Shown: positions 1-9,879, counted from the stretch's first letter. The stretch is 64,000 bases of DNA from an uncultured Bacillales bacterium (GCA_946409515.1 CAMJWS010000002.1:188642-252641); one strand, 5' to 3'. The notes: generated by a model not told the origin, from the letters alone. A program made the numbers and translations.

Positions 1-761
1 TTATCGAAGTCAATTCTATGGCCTTTTGGCTTTTCCAAGTCATAGACTTGATTGACAAGATTCGCTGCATCTTTTTCATTAACACCGTTGAGTGTTGCAA
101 GTCTTTCGACTTCCTTCATTTCTTCTTTTCTGAAGGCTGATTCTTTGAGCTGCGATATTTCCTTTAAGGAAGCAAAGAACTCTTCATAATTGAACTGTCC
201 TTTAATCTTGCCTCTATTGCGACCTTTGACTACTTGTTTGCTATCAGCCGCTTCGACGAAGGCTTCATCATCAAGTTGTGGATGGAAGACTTCTGCGAAA
301 CTTGCGGTGATTTCTGTGCCGTAGTTTTGTTTAGCGTCCAGTAAGTAGATCTTCTTAAGTCGAGAAGCATTACTTTCACCGATGCTTCTAATGAGCATGC
401 CATATAGTAACGTATCATCGAAGAAGCCGCTTGGGGACTTAGGAGCATATAGTTCGTAATGGTAGATTTTGAAATCTTCACCTTCACTGACAAATGTCTT
501 AAGTAGACCCGCTGCTTCGAGATATCTTCTGGCATCAACAAACGCACTAGCAGGCATTCTCATACGTAAGAATACTTGCTCGTGTGTGCACAGCGGTGAG
601 ACTCTTTCGTTATTAGCTTCACTCCAAAGAGTCATGTACAAAGATAAGGCTTCAAAGCCTATCATTGGTTGGTAAAGATTGCTCAAAGTATCACGGTCAT
701 AATCCGCGATGAGAGAGGCTAATCTTACTTCTAGAAAATCTTGGTGAGCTAATACTTTCAT
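1..761 (-). CDS. dnaB: Replication initiation/helicase loader DnaB (Bacillus-type), 3' part outside window
   Basis: Manual translation from ATG at 761: MKVLAHQDFLEVRLASLIADYDRDTLSNLYQPMIGFEALSLYMTL; LYQPxIG..A.SLY is the DnaB N-terminal motif. Not in the ORF track because it runs off the window edge. Confidence 0.85.
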   Translation of the reverse strand, partial: MKVLAHQDFLEVRLASLIADYDRDTLSNLYQPMIGFEALSLYMTLWSEANNERVSPLCTHEQVFLRMRMPASAFVDARRYLEAAGLLKTFVSEGEDFKIYHYELYAPKSPSGFFDDTLLYGMLIRSIGESNASRLKKIYLLDAKQNYGTEITASFAEVFHPQLDDEAFVEAADSKQVVKGRNRGKIKGQFNYEEFFASLKEISQLKESAFRKEEMKEVERLATLNGVNEKDAANLVNQVYDLEKPKGHRIDFD

Positions 762-852
762 AAGGGAGTCTTTCAATGTTGGTGTCGCTATTATCACACA
801 TAGAAAAAGCAAAAGTAAAATGAAAAAGATATGCACATTTTTAGGCGCATAC

Positions 853-951
853 TTATCCACATCATGTGTATAAGCATTTATATATCAATATATAAATAAG
901 TTGAAAAATCACACTTTTTTAAAACTTATCCACATTAAAATTTGTGGAAAA
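853..951. promoter_or_regulatory. DnaA-box cluster (4 boxes)
   Basis: TTATCCACA at 853-861 and 926-934; TGTGTATAA (=TTATACACA) at 865-873; TGTGGAAAA (1 mismatch) at 943-951. Confidence 0.75.
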
Positions 952-1034
952 AAGAGTTTTTGAAAAGACTTTTGCAAAATTGAGTATATAATGTTAGTCG
1001 TAATAATAATTTTATTATTAAGGAGAAATGACTC

Positions 1035-1997
1035 ATGATTAGAAAAATTGCGATCTTAACAAGTGGCGGTGATGCCCCAGGTATGAATGCGTGTTTACGC
1101 GCTTGTATCCGTGCAGGCTTATACCAAGGCAAAGAAATGTATGTTGTCTATGATGGCTTACGTGGATTAGTCGAAGGTGATATCCGTCAAGTTAATAAAG
1201 ATTTCACACAAGATATCATTAATAGAGGCGGCACAATTATTAGAAGTGCCCGTATTCCAGAATTCAAAGAAGAAGCTGTGAGTAAGAAAGCAGCGGATAA
1301 CCTTAGAGACTTTGAAATCGATGCTTTAATTGGTATCGGTGGCGATGGCACTTTTAGAGGCTTACAAGCCTTATCTAAACATGGCGTAATCTGTATTGGT
1401 ATTCCAGGTACAATTGATAACGATGTCGGTAGCACTGATGAAACAATTGGCTTTGCCACCGCTTTAAACACTATTTGTGATTGTGTCGATAAACTTAAAG
1501 ATACATCTGGCTCTCACCAACGTTGTTCCTTAATTGAAGTTATGGGTCGTCACTGTGGTGATTTGGCAATGTTTGCTGCTTTAGCAGAAGGTGCTGAAGG
1601 TGTCATCTGTGTCGAACATCCACTTAAGAAGGAAGTCTTATTCCGTAAATTAAGAAAAATGAAAGCCCAAAATAAGAGCCACGCGATTATTATCGTCAGT
1701 GAAAACTTATTAGACATTAACGAATTAGCGGGTGAAATCGCTAAGGAAACAGGCTTTGATACAAGAACTGAAGTTCTTGGTAGATTACAAAGAGGTGGTT
1801 CTCCAACCGCGCACGACAGAATCTTGGCCGCAAGATTCGGTGCTAAAGCTGTTGAACTCCTTTGTGATAAAGAACCAACAAGTAGAATTGTTGGTATCAA
1901 ACAAAACGAAATCGTTGATTACCCAATCGACGAAGCCGTTGAAATGAAACATAGGCATACACATGGATTAAGGGACTTAATCGATATGTTGCAATAA
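1035..1997 (+). CDS. pfkA: ATP-dependent 6-phosphofructokinase
   Basis: TSGGDAPGMNA, GGDGT, PGTIDND and EVMGR motifs; SD AAGGAG. Confidence 0.97.
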   Translation: MIRKIAILTSGGDAPGMNACLRACIRAGLYQGKEMYVVYDGLRGLVEGDIRQVNKDFTQDIINRGGTIIRSARIPEFKEEAVSKKAADNLRDFEIDALIGIGGDGTFRGLQALSKHGVICIGIPGTIDNDVGSTDETIGFATALNTICDCVDKLKDTSGSHQRCSLIEVMGRHCGDLAMFAALAEGAEGVICVEHPLKKEVLFRKLRKMKAQNKSHAIIIVSENLLDINELAGEIAKETGFDTRTEVLGRLQRGGSPTAHDRILAARFGAKAVELLCDKEPTSRIVGIKQNEIVDYPIDEAVEMKHRHTHGLRDLIDMLQ

Positions 1998-2057
1998 ATT
2001 AGGCATTAAGCCAAAGGATAAGCCCGCTATTGTATTGCGGAGGGAAAGAATTAAATT

Positions 2058-3857
2058 ATGAAAGTACAACAACATGATGGTTCCATTATTGAAATGGAAA
2101 AAACAAGTGCAGAAGCATTAGAAGTATTAAACCATTCTACTTCTCACTTATTAGCGCAAGCTATTACTGAACTTTATCCAAAAGCCTTATTTGGTTTTGG
2201 ACCTGCCATTGAAAATGGCTTCTACTACGATATCGATTTCGGTGAAGATGTAATTACCGAAAACGATCTTCCTGCTATTGAAAAGAAAATGAGAGAATTA
2301 GCAGGAAAAGATTTAAGAATTGTTCGTGAAGAACTCTCTAAAGAGCAAGCTCTTGAACTCTTTAAGAACAATCCTTACAAAGTTGAATTAATCAAGGAGA
2401 TTAATGAAAGCATCACTACATTCAAACAAGGTGACTTTATAGATCTCTGCCGTGGACCACATATTATGTCCACAGGACTCATTAAACATTTTAAACTACT
2501 TTCTTTAGCAGGTGCCTACTGGAGAGGTAATAGTAAAAATAAACAATTAACAAGAATCTATGGTACCTCTTGGTATACCGCGGAAGATTTAAATAAATGG
2601 CTCGAAGTTCTTGAAGAAAGAAAGAGAAGAGACCACCGTATCTTAGGCAAACAATTAGGCATCTTCATGTATGATGACCTCGTTGGTAAAGGCTTACCAA
2701 TGTGGTTACCAAATGGTTTCTTAGTGAGACGTTTATTAAGTGACTATATCATGGATAAAGAAATAGCCTTAGGCTATAAACACGTCTTAACTCCATGTTT
2801 AGGCAACGTTGAATTATATAAGACATCTGGCCACTGGGCCCACTACCAAAAGGATATGTTCCCAAAGATGGATGTTGATAATGAATCATATGTCCTAAGA
2901 CCAATGAACTGCCCACATCACATGGTCATGTATAGAAGTGCTTTGCACTCTTATCGTGAATTACCATTAAAGATTGCGGAAATCGCAGCTGACTTCCGTT
3001 TTGAAGCCTCTGGTGCATTAACTGGTATTGAAAGAACAAGAGCGTTCTATCAAAACGACTCCCACATCTTCTGTATGCCATCTCAAATCGGTGATGTCTT
3101 CAAAGAAGTTACAAAGCTCATTCTTGATGTCTATCATGACTTTGGTTTCCAAAACTATGCATTCCGTTTATCCTTAAGAGATCCTAACGATACCGAAAAA
3201 TATTTCGGTAATGATGAGCTCTGGGAAAAGAGTGAAAACCAATTACGTGAAGTTTTAAAAGAATTAGGTGTTGAATATTATGAAGCCATTGGTGAAGCCG
3301 CTTTCTATGGTCCTAAACTTGACGTTCAAGTTAAAAGCGCTATTGGTCATGATGTCACATTATCCACTATTCAATTAGACTATCAATTACCAGAAAGATT
3401 TGAACTTACCTATATTGATGAAAAAGGTGAGAAAGCTAGACCAGTTGTTGTTCATAGAGCGATCTTAGGTTCTTTAGATCGTTTCATCGCCTTCTTAATC
3501 GAAGAAACAAAAGGTGCTTTCCCAACATGGTTAGCCCCAGTTCAAGTTAACCTATTACCAGTTAACAATGATTACCATTTAGAATACGCTAACGAATTAT
3601 TAGCGAAGTTCAAAGAACATGGTCTTAGAGTGACTCTCGATGATTCTAATGACAAGCTTGGTTATAGAATGAGAAGTTCACAAATGAAGAAGATTCCATA
3701 CACTCTTGTTCTTGGTGATCATGAACGTGATGATAGAACAGTGACTTATAGAAGATTCGGTGTTCAAGAACAAATCACTGTCAGCATTGATGAATTCTTA
3801 AAACTCATTGATGATGAAATCAAAAATAAAGCATTACTCAATACTGAAAACAAATAA
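2058..3857 (+). CDS. thrS: Threonine--tRNA ligase (short N-terminus)
   Basis: HSTSHLLA, DLCRGPH, RDHR, RPMNCPHH, GEAAFYGPK, HRAILGS. Confidence 0.98.
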   Translation: MKVQQHDGSIIEMEKTSAEALEVLNHSTSHLLAQAITELYPKALFGFGPAIENGFYYDIDFGEDVITENDLPAIEKKMRELAGKDLRIVREELSKEQALELFKNNPYKVELIKEINESITTFKQGDFIDLCRGPHIMSTGLIKHFKLLSLAGAYWRGNSKNKQLTRIYGTSWYTAEDLNKWLEVLEERKRRDHRILGKQLGIFMYDDLVGKGLPMWLPNGFLVRRLLSDYIMDKEIALGYKHVLTPCLGNVELYKTSGHWAHYQKDMFPKMDVDNESYVLRPMNCPHHMVMYRSALHSYRELPLKIAEIAADFRFEASGALTGIERTRAFYQNDSHIFCMPSQIGDVFKEVTKLILDVYHDFGFQNYAFRLSLRDPNDTEKYFGNDELWEKSENQLREVLKELGVEYYEAIGEAAFYGPKLDVQVKSAIGHDVTLSTIQLDYQLPERFELTYIDEKGEKARPVVVHRAILGSLDRFIAFLIEETKGAFPTWLAPVQVNLLPVNNDYHLEYANELLAKFKEHGLRVTLDDSNDKLGYRMRSSQMKKIPYTLVLGDHERDDRTVTYRRFGVQEQITVSIDEFLKLIDDEIKNKALLNTENK

Positions 3858-3874
3858 GAATCATTAACTAAACT

Positions 3875-3898
3875 GCCTACCTATATGGTAGGCTTTTT
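3875..3898 (+). terminator. Rho-independent terminator after thrS
   Basis: GCCTACC-TATAT-GGTAGGC-TTTTT. Confidence 0.8.
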
Positions 3899-3975
3899 AT
3901 TCCACTTTTATCTTGCACACATAATGTGATAAATTAGAGATAATCGGAACATTTTTAAATTTTAAGAGGTGTTTT

Positions 3976-5502
3976 ATGAAAAAAAGTATTATTGCATTTG
4001 CGATAGTTGAAGCTAGTCTATTAGCGACATCTTTATTAGGTTGTTCCACTCCTAATTCTTCTACGCCTATTTCTTCAAGCGATAATAGTTCAATATCATC
4101 CAGTATAGAATCCAGTTCTTCTAGCGAGTCATCTAGTTCATCTAGTGTACCTGTTCATGAGATTGATTCTCTTAGAGAGTTGAACTTTACATATAACTCT
4201 ACTACTGATAGCTATTGGCTTGATGGCGCTAAATCTACAGATATCTCTGGTAATTTAGTCATCCCAAGTACATATAATGGAAAACCTGTAGTCGGTATTA
4301 ATATGCAAGCTTTTCAGTTTTGTAAATCATTAAAATCAGTGGTCATTCCAAGTTCTATTAGAGAAATAGAATCTGAAGCCTTTGCGTTATGTGAAAATTT
4401 AGAATCAGTCACCTTGAATGAAGGTTTAACAATAATTAGTTATTATGCTTTTCATAGATGTGAGAAATTAAAATCAATCGTTATTCCTGATACCGTCACC
4501 TTCTTAGGAGACTGTTCATTTTTGGACTGTCTTTCTTTAGAAAGCGCAAAGCTAAGTAAATATATTACTGTGATTGGTGACTATATGTTTGAAGGATGTT
4601 CAAAATTGAAATCAGTTAACATTCCTGAAGGGGTTACTCGCATTGGCGAATTTGCCTTTAGAAGTTGTGATTTCAATGCGGTTACAATACCAAATACTGT
4701 TAAAGAAATTGCCGTTAGCGCTTTTAATGGCAATAAATCTTTAAAGAGTGTCACTATTCCAGAAAGTGTGACTACTTTAGATTCTTCCGCTTTTATCAAT
4801 TGTTCATCATTAGAAGCAATTAATGTAGATACAAACAATACTGTGTATTGTTCTATTGATGGTGTCCTTTTCAACAAAGAAAAAACTACACTGATGAAAT
4901 TCCCATCAAACTGGGCAAAGGCTTTTACTTTTCCAAGTAGCGTTACCACTATTGGTGACTATGCGTTCAATAGCTGTGATCGTTTAGTATCATACGAAGT
5001 TCCAAACAACATTACTTCTATTGGTAAAAATGCTTTTTCTAGTTCCAAACATTTAGAATCAATTAATATTCCAAATAGTGTCACCTCAATTGGAATGTAC
5101 TGTTTTGCGTGGGATACCGCTTTAAAAGAGATTACCATTCCTGGAAGTGTTTCCACTCTTGATCAAGGAACATTTAGAGATTGTAGCGTTCTTGAATCAG
5201 TAACATTAGAAGAAGGCATTACCTATATTGGCCATTCACCATTTATGTGGTGTACATCTTTAAAATCAATTGTTATTCCTCATAGCGTCACTAATCTTGG
5301 CTTACAAGCTTTATATGAAAGCTTCTTCAATAATATCTACTACAAGGGAACAGAAGAAGAATGGAACAATATTGAAAGTCTTTCCAGACCACCATACATT
5401 TATAACGTGAGTGAAACCACTTTATCTTTCTATAGTGAAACTATACCAACAGGCACTGGTTCTTATTGGCACTATGTAAATGATGTGCCTACCATTTGGT
5501 AA
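3976..5502 (+). CDS. BspA-type leucine-rich-repeat surface lipoprotein
   Basis: Signal peptide with LLGC lipobox, Ser-rich linker, many LxxVxIPxxVxxIGxxAFxxCxxL repeats. Confidence 0.9.
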   Translation: MKKSIIAFAIVEASLLATSLLGCSTPNSSTPISSSDNSSISSSIESSSSSESSSSSSVPVHEIDSLRELNFTYNSTTDSYWLDGAKSTDISGNLVIPSTYNGKPVVGINMQAFQFCKSLKSVVIPSSIREIESEAFALCENLESVTLNEGLTIISYYAFHRCEKLKSIVIPDTVTFLGDCSFLDCLSLESAKLSKYITVIGDYMFEGCSKLKSVNIPEGVTRIGEFAFRSCDFNAVTIPNTVKEIAVSAFNGNKSLKSVTIPESVTTLDSSAFINCSSLEAINVDTNNTVYCSIDGVLFNKEKTTLMKFPSNWAKAFTFPSSVTTIGDYAFNSCDRLVSYEVPNNITSIGKNAFSSSKHLESINIPNSVTSIGMYCFAWDTALKEITIPGSVSTLDQGTFRDCSVLESVTLEEGITYIGHSPFMWCTSLKSIVIPHSVTNLGLQALYESFFNNIYYKGTEEEWNNIESLSRPPYIYNVSETTLSFYSETIPTGTGSYWHYVNDVPTIW

Positions 5503-5564
5503 AACTCTAAATAAATAATTGACACATTATATTAATAATGATAATATCTTAACGCAAAAACGTA

Positions 5565-5669
5565 GAAAGCAGAGGCACCCGCTTCTCGCCAGACTGACAA
5601 AAGTTAGTTGGCTAACGCTACTTCTTATGGGCTAAGAATGTTAACGGGTGCTGTACGCATCCGTTTTTT
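5565..5669 (+). ncRNA. L20 ribosomal protein leader with attenuator
   Basis: AGCAGAGGCACCCGCTTCTC...ACGGGTGC-TGTAC-GCATCCGT-TTTTT upstream of infC-rpmI-rplT; TTGACA at 5519. Confidence 0.8.
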
Positions 5670-5684
5670 AAATCAAAAAGGAGA

Positions 5685-6248
5685 GTGATACTTATCATCG
5701 ACAATCGCTACGCCAATAACAAAAAACCTGGCAATAATCAAAACAAAGATTTAGTAAATGAAAACGTTCGTTTTCCAGAAGTCCTTTTAATCGGACCTAA
5801 TGGTGAGCAACTCGGAACAATGTCTTCTCGCGAAGCACAATTTAAAGCCAATGAATATGATTTGGACTTATTATGTGTTGCGCCAGCGGCCAAACCTCCA
5901 GTTTGCAAGATCATTAATTACAGCAAATATCGCTTCGAGCAACAAAAGAAAGCTAAAGAAGCTAAAAAGAAACAACATACTGTAGAAATCAAGGAAGTCC
6001 AATTAACACCACAAATTGGTGGTCATGATATGGACACTAAAGCCAGAGCCGCACAAAAATTCTTAGAAGCGGGTAACAAAGTTAAAGTAGGCGTACGTTT
6101 CCGTGGCCGTCAAATGACTCACATCGAAGTCGGCCAAGAAGTCATGGATAAGTTTATCGCTCTATTAAGTGATTACGCGAATATTGAAAAGCCATCTGCG
6201 ATGGAAGGTCGCTGGATGTACGCAATACTCGCCCCAAAGAAGAAGTAG
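5685..6248 (+). CDS. infC: Translation initiation factor IF-3 (true start probably ATC at 5694 or 5697)
   Basis: NENVRFPEV, PPVCKI, KVGVRFRGR motifs; first gene of infC-rpmI-rplT. Confidence 0.97.
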   Translation: MILIIDNRYANNKKPGNNQNKDLVNENVRFPEVLLIGPNGEQLGTMSSREAQFKANEYDLDLLCVAPAAKPPVCKIINYSKYRFEQQKKAKEAKKKQHTVEIKEVQLTPQIGGHDMDTKARAAQKFLEAGNKVKVGVRFRGRQMTHIEVGQEVMDKFIALLSDYANIEKPSAMEGRWMYAILAPKKK

Positions 6249-6260
6249 GAGGAAAGTATT

Positions 6261-6455
6261 ATGCCAAAAATGAAAAGCAAAAGAGCTTTAATGAAAAGAA
6301 TTAAAGTTACCGGCACAGGCAAAGTCGTTAGACATCACGCCTATGTTTCACATTTAGCCCCACACAAAACCACAAAACAAAAGAGACACTTAATGAAGTC
6401 CGCTGTCTTACACAAGACCGACTACAAGAGAATTAAGTTTCTCATCGTTAAATAA
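6261..6455 (+). CDS. rpmI: 50S ribosomal protein L35
   Basis: MPKMKSKRALMKRIKVTGTGK; synteny. Confidence 0.97.
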   Translation: MPKMKSKRALMKRIKVTGTGKVVRHHAYVSHLAPHKTTKQKRHLMKSAVLHKTDYKRIKFLIVK

Positions 6456-6470
6456 GGAGGACACTAGAAT

Positions 6471-6821
6471 ATGGCAAGAGTTAAAGGTGGCACAGTCACA
6501 CACGCCCGTCGTAAAAGAGTATTAAAAAGAGCCTCTGGTTATTTCGGTAGCAAACACTTATTATTCAAAACTGCGAAAGAACAAGTTATGCACAGCTTAC
6601 GCTATGCGTACATCTCTCGTAAAGACCGCAAGAGAGATTTCCGTAAATTATGGATCAGACGTATCAACGCTGCTTGCAGATTAAACGATATCTCTTATAG
6701 CAAATTCATGTTCGGTTTAAAACAAGCCAACATCAACATCAACCGTAAGATGTTATCTGAATTAGCGATCAATGATCCAAAAGCTTTCGCTGATTTAGTG
6801 AAAACTGCTAAAAAGGCCTAA
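6471..6821 (+). CDS. rplT: 50S ribosomal protein L20
   Basis: [33 protein letters not shown]. Confidence 0.98.
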   Translation: MARVKGGTVTHARRKRVLKRASGYFGSKHLLFKTAKEQVMHSLRYAYISRKDRKRDFRKLWIRRINAACRLNDISYSKFMFGLKQANININRKMLSELAINDPKAFADLVKTAKKA

Positions 6822-6840
6822 TTAATAATTAAGGTTTGAT

Positions 6841-6866
6841 AAAAGGACGAGTAATATCGTCCTTTT
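6841..6866. terminator. Bidirectional terminator
   Basis: AAAAGGACGA-GTAATA-TCGTCCTTTT between convergent genes. Confidence 0.8.
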
Positions 6867-7572
6867 ATTTATATTCTTTAAATCCCGCTTGCTTTAATAA
6901 AGCAATATATTCATCTGAAATATCTATTTTTGATTCTTTCTTACTTTGCTTTATTTCAGCATCACTTCGTAAAAACTTATGTATGCTTTTTACTGAATAC
7001 ATATTCATCTTTTCATCAAAGGTTATTTCCTCTAATAAGTCATAAAGAATGTGACATTCTAGTCGATAATATTTATTGTTTTCTTTTGAATAAATGATAC
7101 TTGAAATCATTTCCGCGTTTGATTCAATTGTTATTCTTTCTAGATAGGAAACACAATCAGAAACTTCCACGATGTAATTTAGGCGATTATCAAGACTAGA
7201 GAAAGAATAACGAAAGTTTCCATTTACTTTGTAAATGATATCGCCAAATAAATCTATTTCACCATTATTTTCATATACGTATCTAAGGGAATCGTTTTCA
7301 AATAAGTAAGTAAAATATGAACCATGTTTTGGTTTATTCTCTAATAGATTATCTACTTTTTTAATACCATCTAAATAATCCAAAGAATGAGCATAATATC
7401 CTAAATCAGAATAATGATATTTCATACTGATTCTAGAATAGCGAATCATTGTGGGTTTGAATGTTTTAAAACTATTCATGGCCCCACTATTTAAATAAGA
7501 AAGCCAAAGCTCTTTCGCGTGCTTTCTTAAATATAAAACATGTTCATGAAAGTCTTCTTCTTTTAAAAACAT
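6865..7572 (-). CDS. Hypothetical protein (Tyr-rich, soluble)
   Basis: 235-aa ORF starting 1 nt after the upstream stop; no motif recognised. Confidence 0.65.
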   Translation of the reverse strand: MFLKEEDFHEHVLYLRKHAKELWLSYLNSGAMNSFKTFKPTMIRYSRISMKYHYSDLGYYAHSLDYLDGIKKVDNLLENKPKHGSYFTYLFENDSLRYVYENNGEIDLFGDIIYKVNGNFRYSFSSLDNRLNYIVEVSDCVSYLERITIESNAEMISSIIYSKENNKYYRLECHILYDLLEEITFDEKMNMYSVKSIHKFLRSDAEIKQSKKESKIDISDEYIALLKQAGFKEYK

Positions 7573-7573
7573 A

Positions 7574-8167
7574 TTATTTATCTTCTTCTATGGGATTATT
7601 CTCGTTTCTTCTTATAAAGAAGACTGATTTATTTCTCGTGTCATACTTTTTAGCGATGATATGGATAAGATTGATTTCTACGCCACTATATAAGGCAATT
7701 GTTCCACCCACGATCATATAGATAGTCCATAATAATGGAATCTCTCCTATAAAGAAGAATGGGAAGGCATAGACTAATAAGCCTAAGGCTTTATTAGCGT
7801 ATGTATGAATCGCGCTAAACCTATTGAATTTAATCGCACATATAATATAAGCGATAAAGTGTAATGCGGTTGGTGTACCAATAATCGCCCATTGATATGG
7901 TAAAAGTAATCTTTGGAATGTTGGGAATAGCTTAGCCGCCATCACGCCATAGAATAATAAATCAGATAAACTATCTAGCGCTGAACCAAAGCTAGATTGT
8001 ACCCCTAATTTACGGGCCACTAAGCCATCAAAAGCGTCAGATAAGCCACACACACCATAAACGATAAAAAATGGCACAGAAAGCGGTTCTAATGCAACCA
8101 AAGCAATTGCACCAAAGATACGGATTAATGTAATTAAGTTAGCAGCGTTTTTCTTAAAGAAATTCAT
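7574..8167 (-). CDS. CDP-alcohol phosphatidyltransferase family protein
   Basis: ANLITLIRI and DAFDGLVARKLGVQSSFGSALDSLSD motif; start taken at MNFFKK. Confidence 0.9.
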   Translation of the reverse strand: MNFFKKNAANLITLIRIFGAIALVALEPLSVPFFIVYGVCGLSDAFDGLVARKLGVQSSFGSALDSLSDLLFYGVMAAKLFPTFQRLLLPYQWAIIGTPTALHFIAYIICAIKFNRFSAIHTYANKALGLLVYAFPFFFIGEIPLLWTIYMIVGGTIALYSGVEINLIHIIAKKYDTRNKSVFFIRRNENNPIEEDK

Positions 8168-8308
8168 AACTAACTCTAGTATAGTCTCTTTAAAAAATGT
8201 AAACAAGAAAGGTAACAAGATGTTACAGCGAGAATATATATGTTAAGTATTTATCGACTTTTTATTGTCTTATTTATTCCTTAATTAATATAGTGAAAGT
8301 GTGAGGTA

Positions 8309-8656
8309 ATGCATATGAAACGCAAATTTCCACCATTAGTATTTGGCATTATTGCTTTAGTTATTGTCGTTATCTTGTTCTTACTTTCCATGGTTGTTAG
8401 AAGCATGGATCCAGAGGATATAAATTGGTATTGGAACTCACCTTTCTTAATGTGGTTTTGTATTTTTCCAATATATATGCCATTTGCCGCTGTCGGTATT
8501 GTACGCAGCGTTAAGCGTATCCGTTACAAAGAAGAAAGAGAAATGGCTATTACTAGCGCAGCAATAGCTGCATCAGCAGTCTTATTAGGCGCCATACTAG
8601 TCATCTCTTTTGTCATGTGCTATCAAAATTGGCCACGATTCTGGATCACACATTAA
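8309..8656 (+). CDS. Small membrane protein (about 3 TM)
   Basis: Three hydrophobic segments; GAGG SD (start may be 8315). Confidence 0.7.
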   Translation: MHMKRKFPPLVFGIIALVIVVILFLLSMVVRSMDPEDINWYWNSPFLMWFCIFPIYMPFAAVGIVRSVKRIRYKEEREMAITSAAIAASAVLLGAILVISFVMCYQNWPRFWITH

Positions 8657-8659
8657 AAT

Positions 8660-8690
8660 TAAAAGCGAGCATTCATTGCTCGCTATTTTT
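8660..8690. terminator. Bidirectional terminator
   Basis: AAAAGCGAGCA-TTCAT-TGCTCGCTATTTTT. Confidence 0.75.
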
Positions 8691-9879
8691 ATAAGAGATC
8701 GTTATCTTGTGTTTCGCTTGTAATAATCTTGACTTCGACATTATTAATCGCATCTCTGATCATTGATTCATAGTCAAATTTCTTTTCAAATTCTTCGACT
8801 TCATCTTGATGAGGCATTGTCTTAGGAGCCTTTGGTGTAAAGATTGTACAACAATCTTCATATGGTCTAATGGAGATATCATATGTTCCAATCTTTTTAC
8901 TAATCTTAATGATTTCTAACTTATCAGTGGTCGCAAGTGGACGAATAACTGGTGTATTAGTGACCGCGTTAATAACGTGCATTGATTGAAGTGTTTGACT
9001 GGCGACTTGACCAATAGATTCGCCACTACTGATGACTGGACATTTTCTACGTTTAGATAAAGCATCCGCAAGTCTAAACATCATACGTCTCATAAGAGTA
9101 ATACAGTAGCTTTCAGGAGCGTTATCATAGATCGCTTCTTGAATCTTAGTGAATGGAACAATATGCAATCTAATACGAGGTTGATATCTAGTTAAGACTT
9201 TTAATAAGTCTTCTAACTTATAGATAACACCCATTTGGGTATATGGAGGAGAAGCAAAATGGATACATTCAATGCTGACGCCTCTTTTCATCATTAAATA
9301 TGCCGCGACTGGTGAATCAATACCACCACTTAACATATGCATAGTTTTACCGCCTACGCCTAATGGGTAGCCACCCGCTCCTAGATATGTCTTACAGAAG
9401 ATATAGGCAGCTTCTTGTCTAACTTCGATAGAAAGAAGGATATCAGGATTATGGACATCCACTTTTAAGTGTTCGGTATTTCTTAAGATATGACTAGCCA
9501 CGATTCTAGTGATTTCATCAGAGATGAGGGGATATGTTTTATCGCCTCTTTTGACTTTAACTTTAAAGGTTTTACCTTCTTCCTCTTTAATTAGGTTTAA
9601 AGTGGACTGTTTCATATCTTCGATTTCTTTAGAACATCTATAGACTAAAGATAAAGCATGGATACCAGATACATCTTGTAAACGTTCAATAATTGGATGA
9701 TAGTCTAAACCATTTAAACCGACATAGATATGGTCATATCTAGTTTCAAATGACAAGCTTGGCCAATCCTTAAGAGCGTTTTTAACATTATCCGCGAGGG
9801 TGCGGATAAAGTCTTTTTTGTTTTTACCTTTAGTGGATAGTTCACCAAAGCGAATCATAATATGGTCATAAGTGATCAT
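8689..9879 (-). CDS. thiI: tRNA 4-thiouridine synthase ThiI
   Basis: RFGELSTKGKN, THUMP domain, PP-loop SGGIDSPVA, PYEDCC. Confidence 0.97.
   Translation of the reverse strand: MITYDHIMIRFGELSTKGKNKKDFIRTLADNVKNALKDWPSLSFETRYDHIYVGLNGLDYHPIIERLQDVSGIHALSLVYRCSKEIEDMKQSTLNLIKEEEGKTFKVKVKRGDKTYPLISDEITRIVASHILRNTEHLKVDVHNPDILLSIEVRQEAAYIFCKTYLGAGGYPLGVGGKTMHMLSGGIDSPVAAYLMMKRGVSIECIHFASPPYTQMGVIYKLEDLLKVLTRYQPRIRLHIVPFTKIQEAIYDNAPESYCITLMRRMMFRLADALSKRRKCPVISSGESIGQVASQTLQSMHVINAVTNTPVIRPLATTDKLEIIKISKKIGTYDISIRPYEDCCTIFTPKAPKTMPHQDEVEEFEKKFDYESMIRDAINNVEVKIITSETQDNDLL

Noticed and set aside
230-675. Short track ORFs at 230-547 and 469-675, and other short ORFs overlapping known genes
   Set aside because: Alternative-frame or antisense artefacts of dnaB and other well-supported genes.
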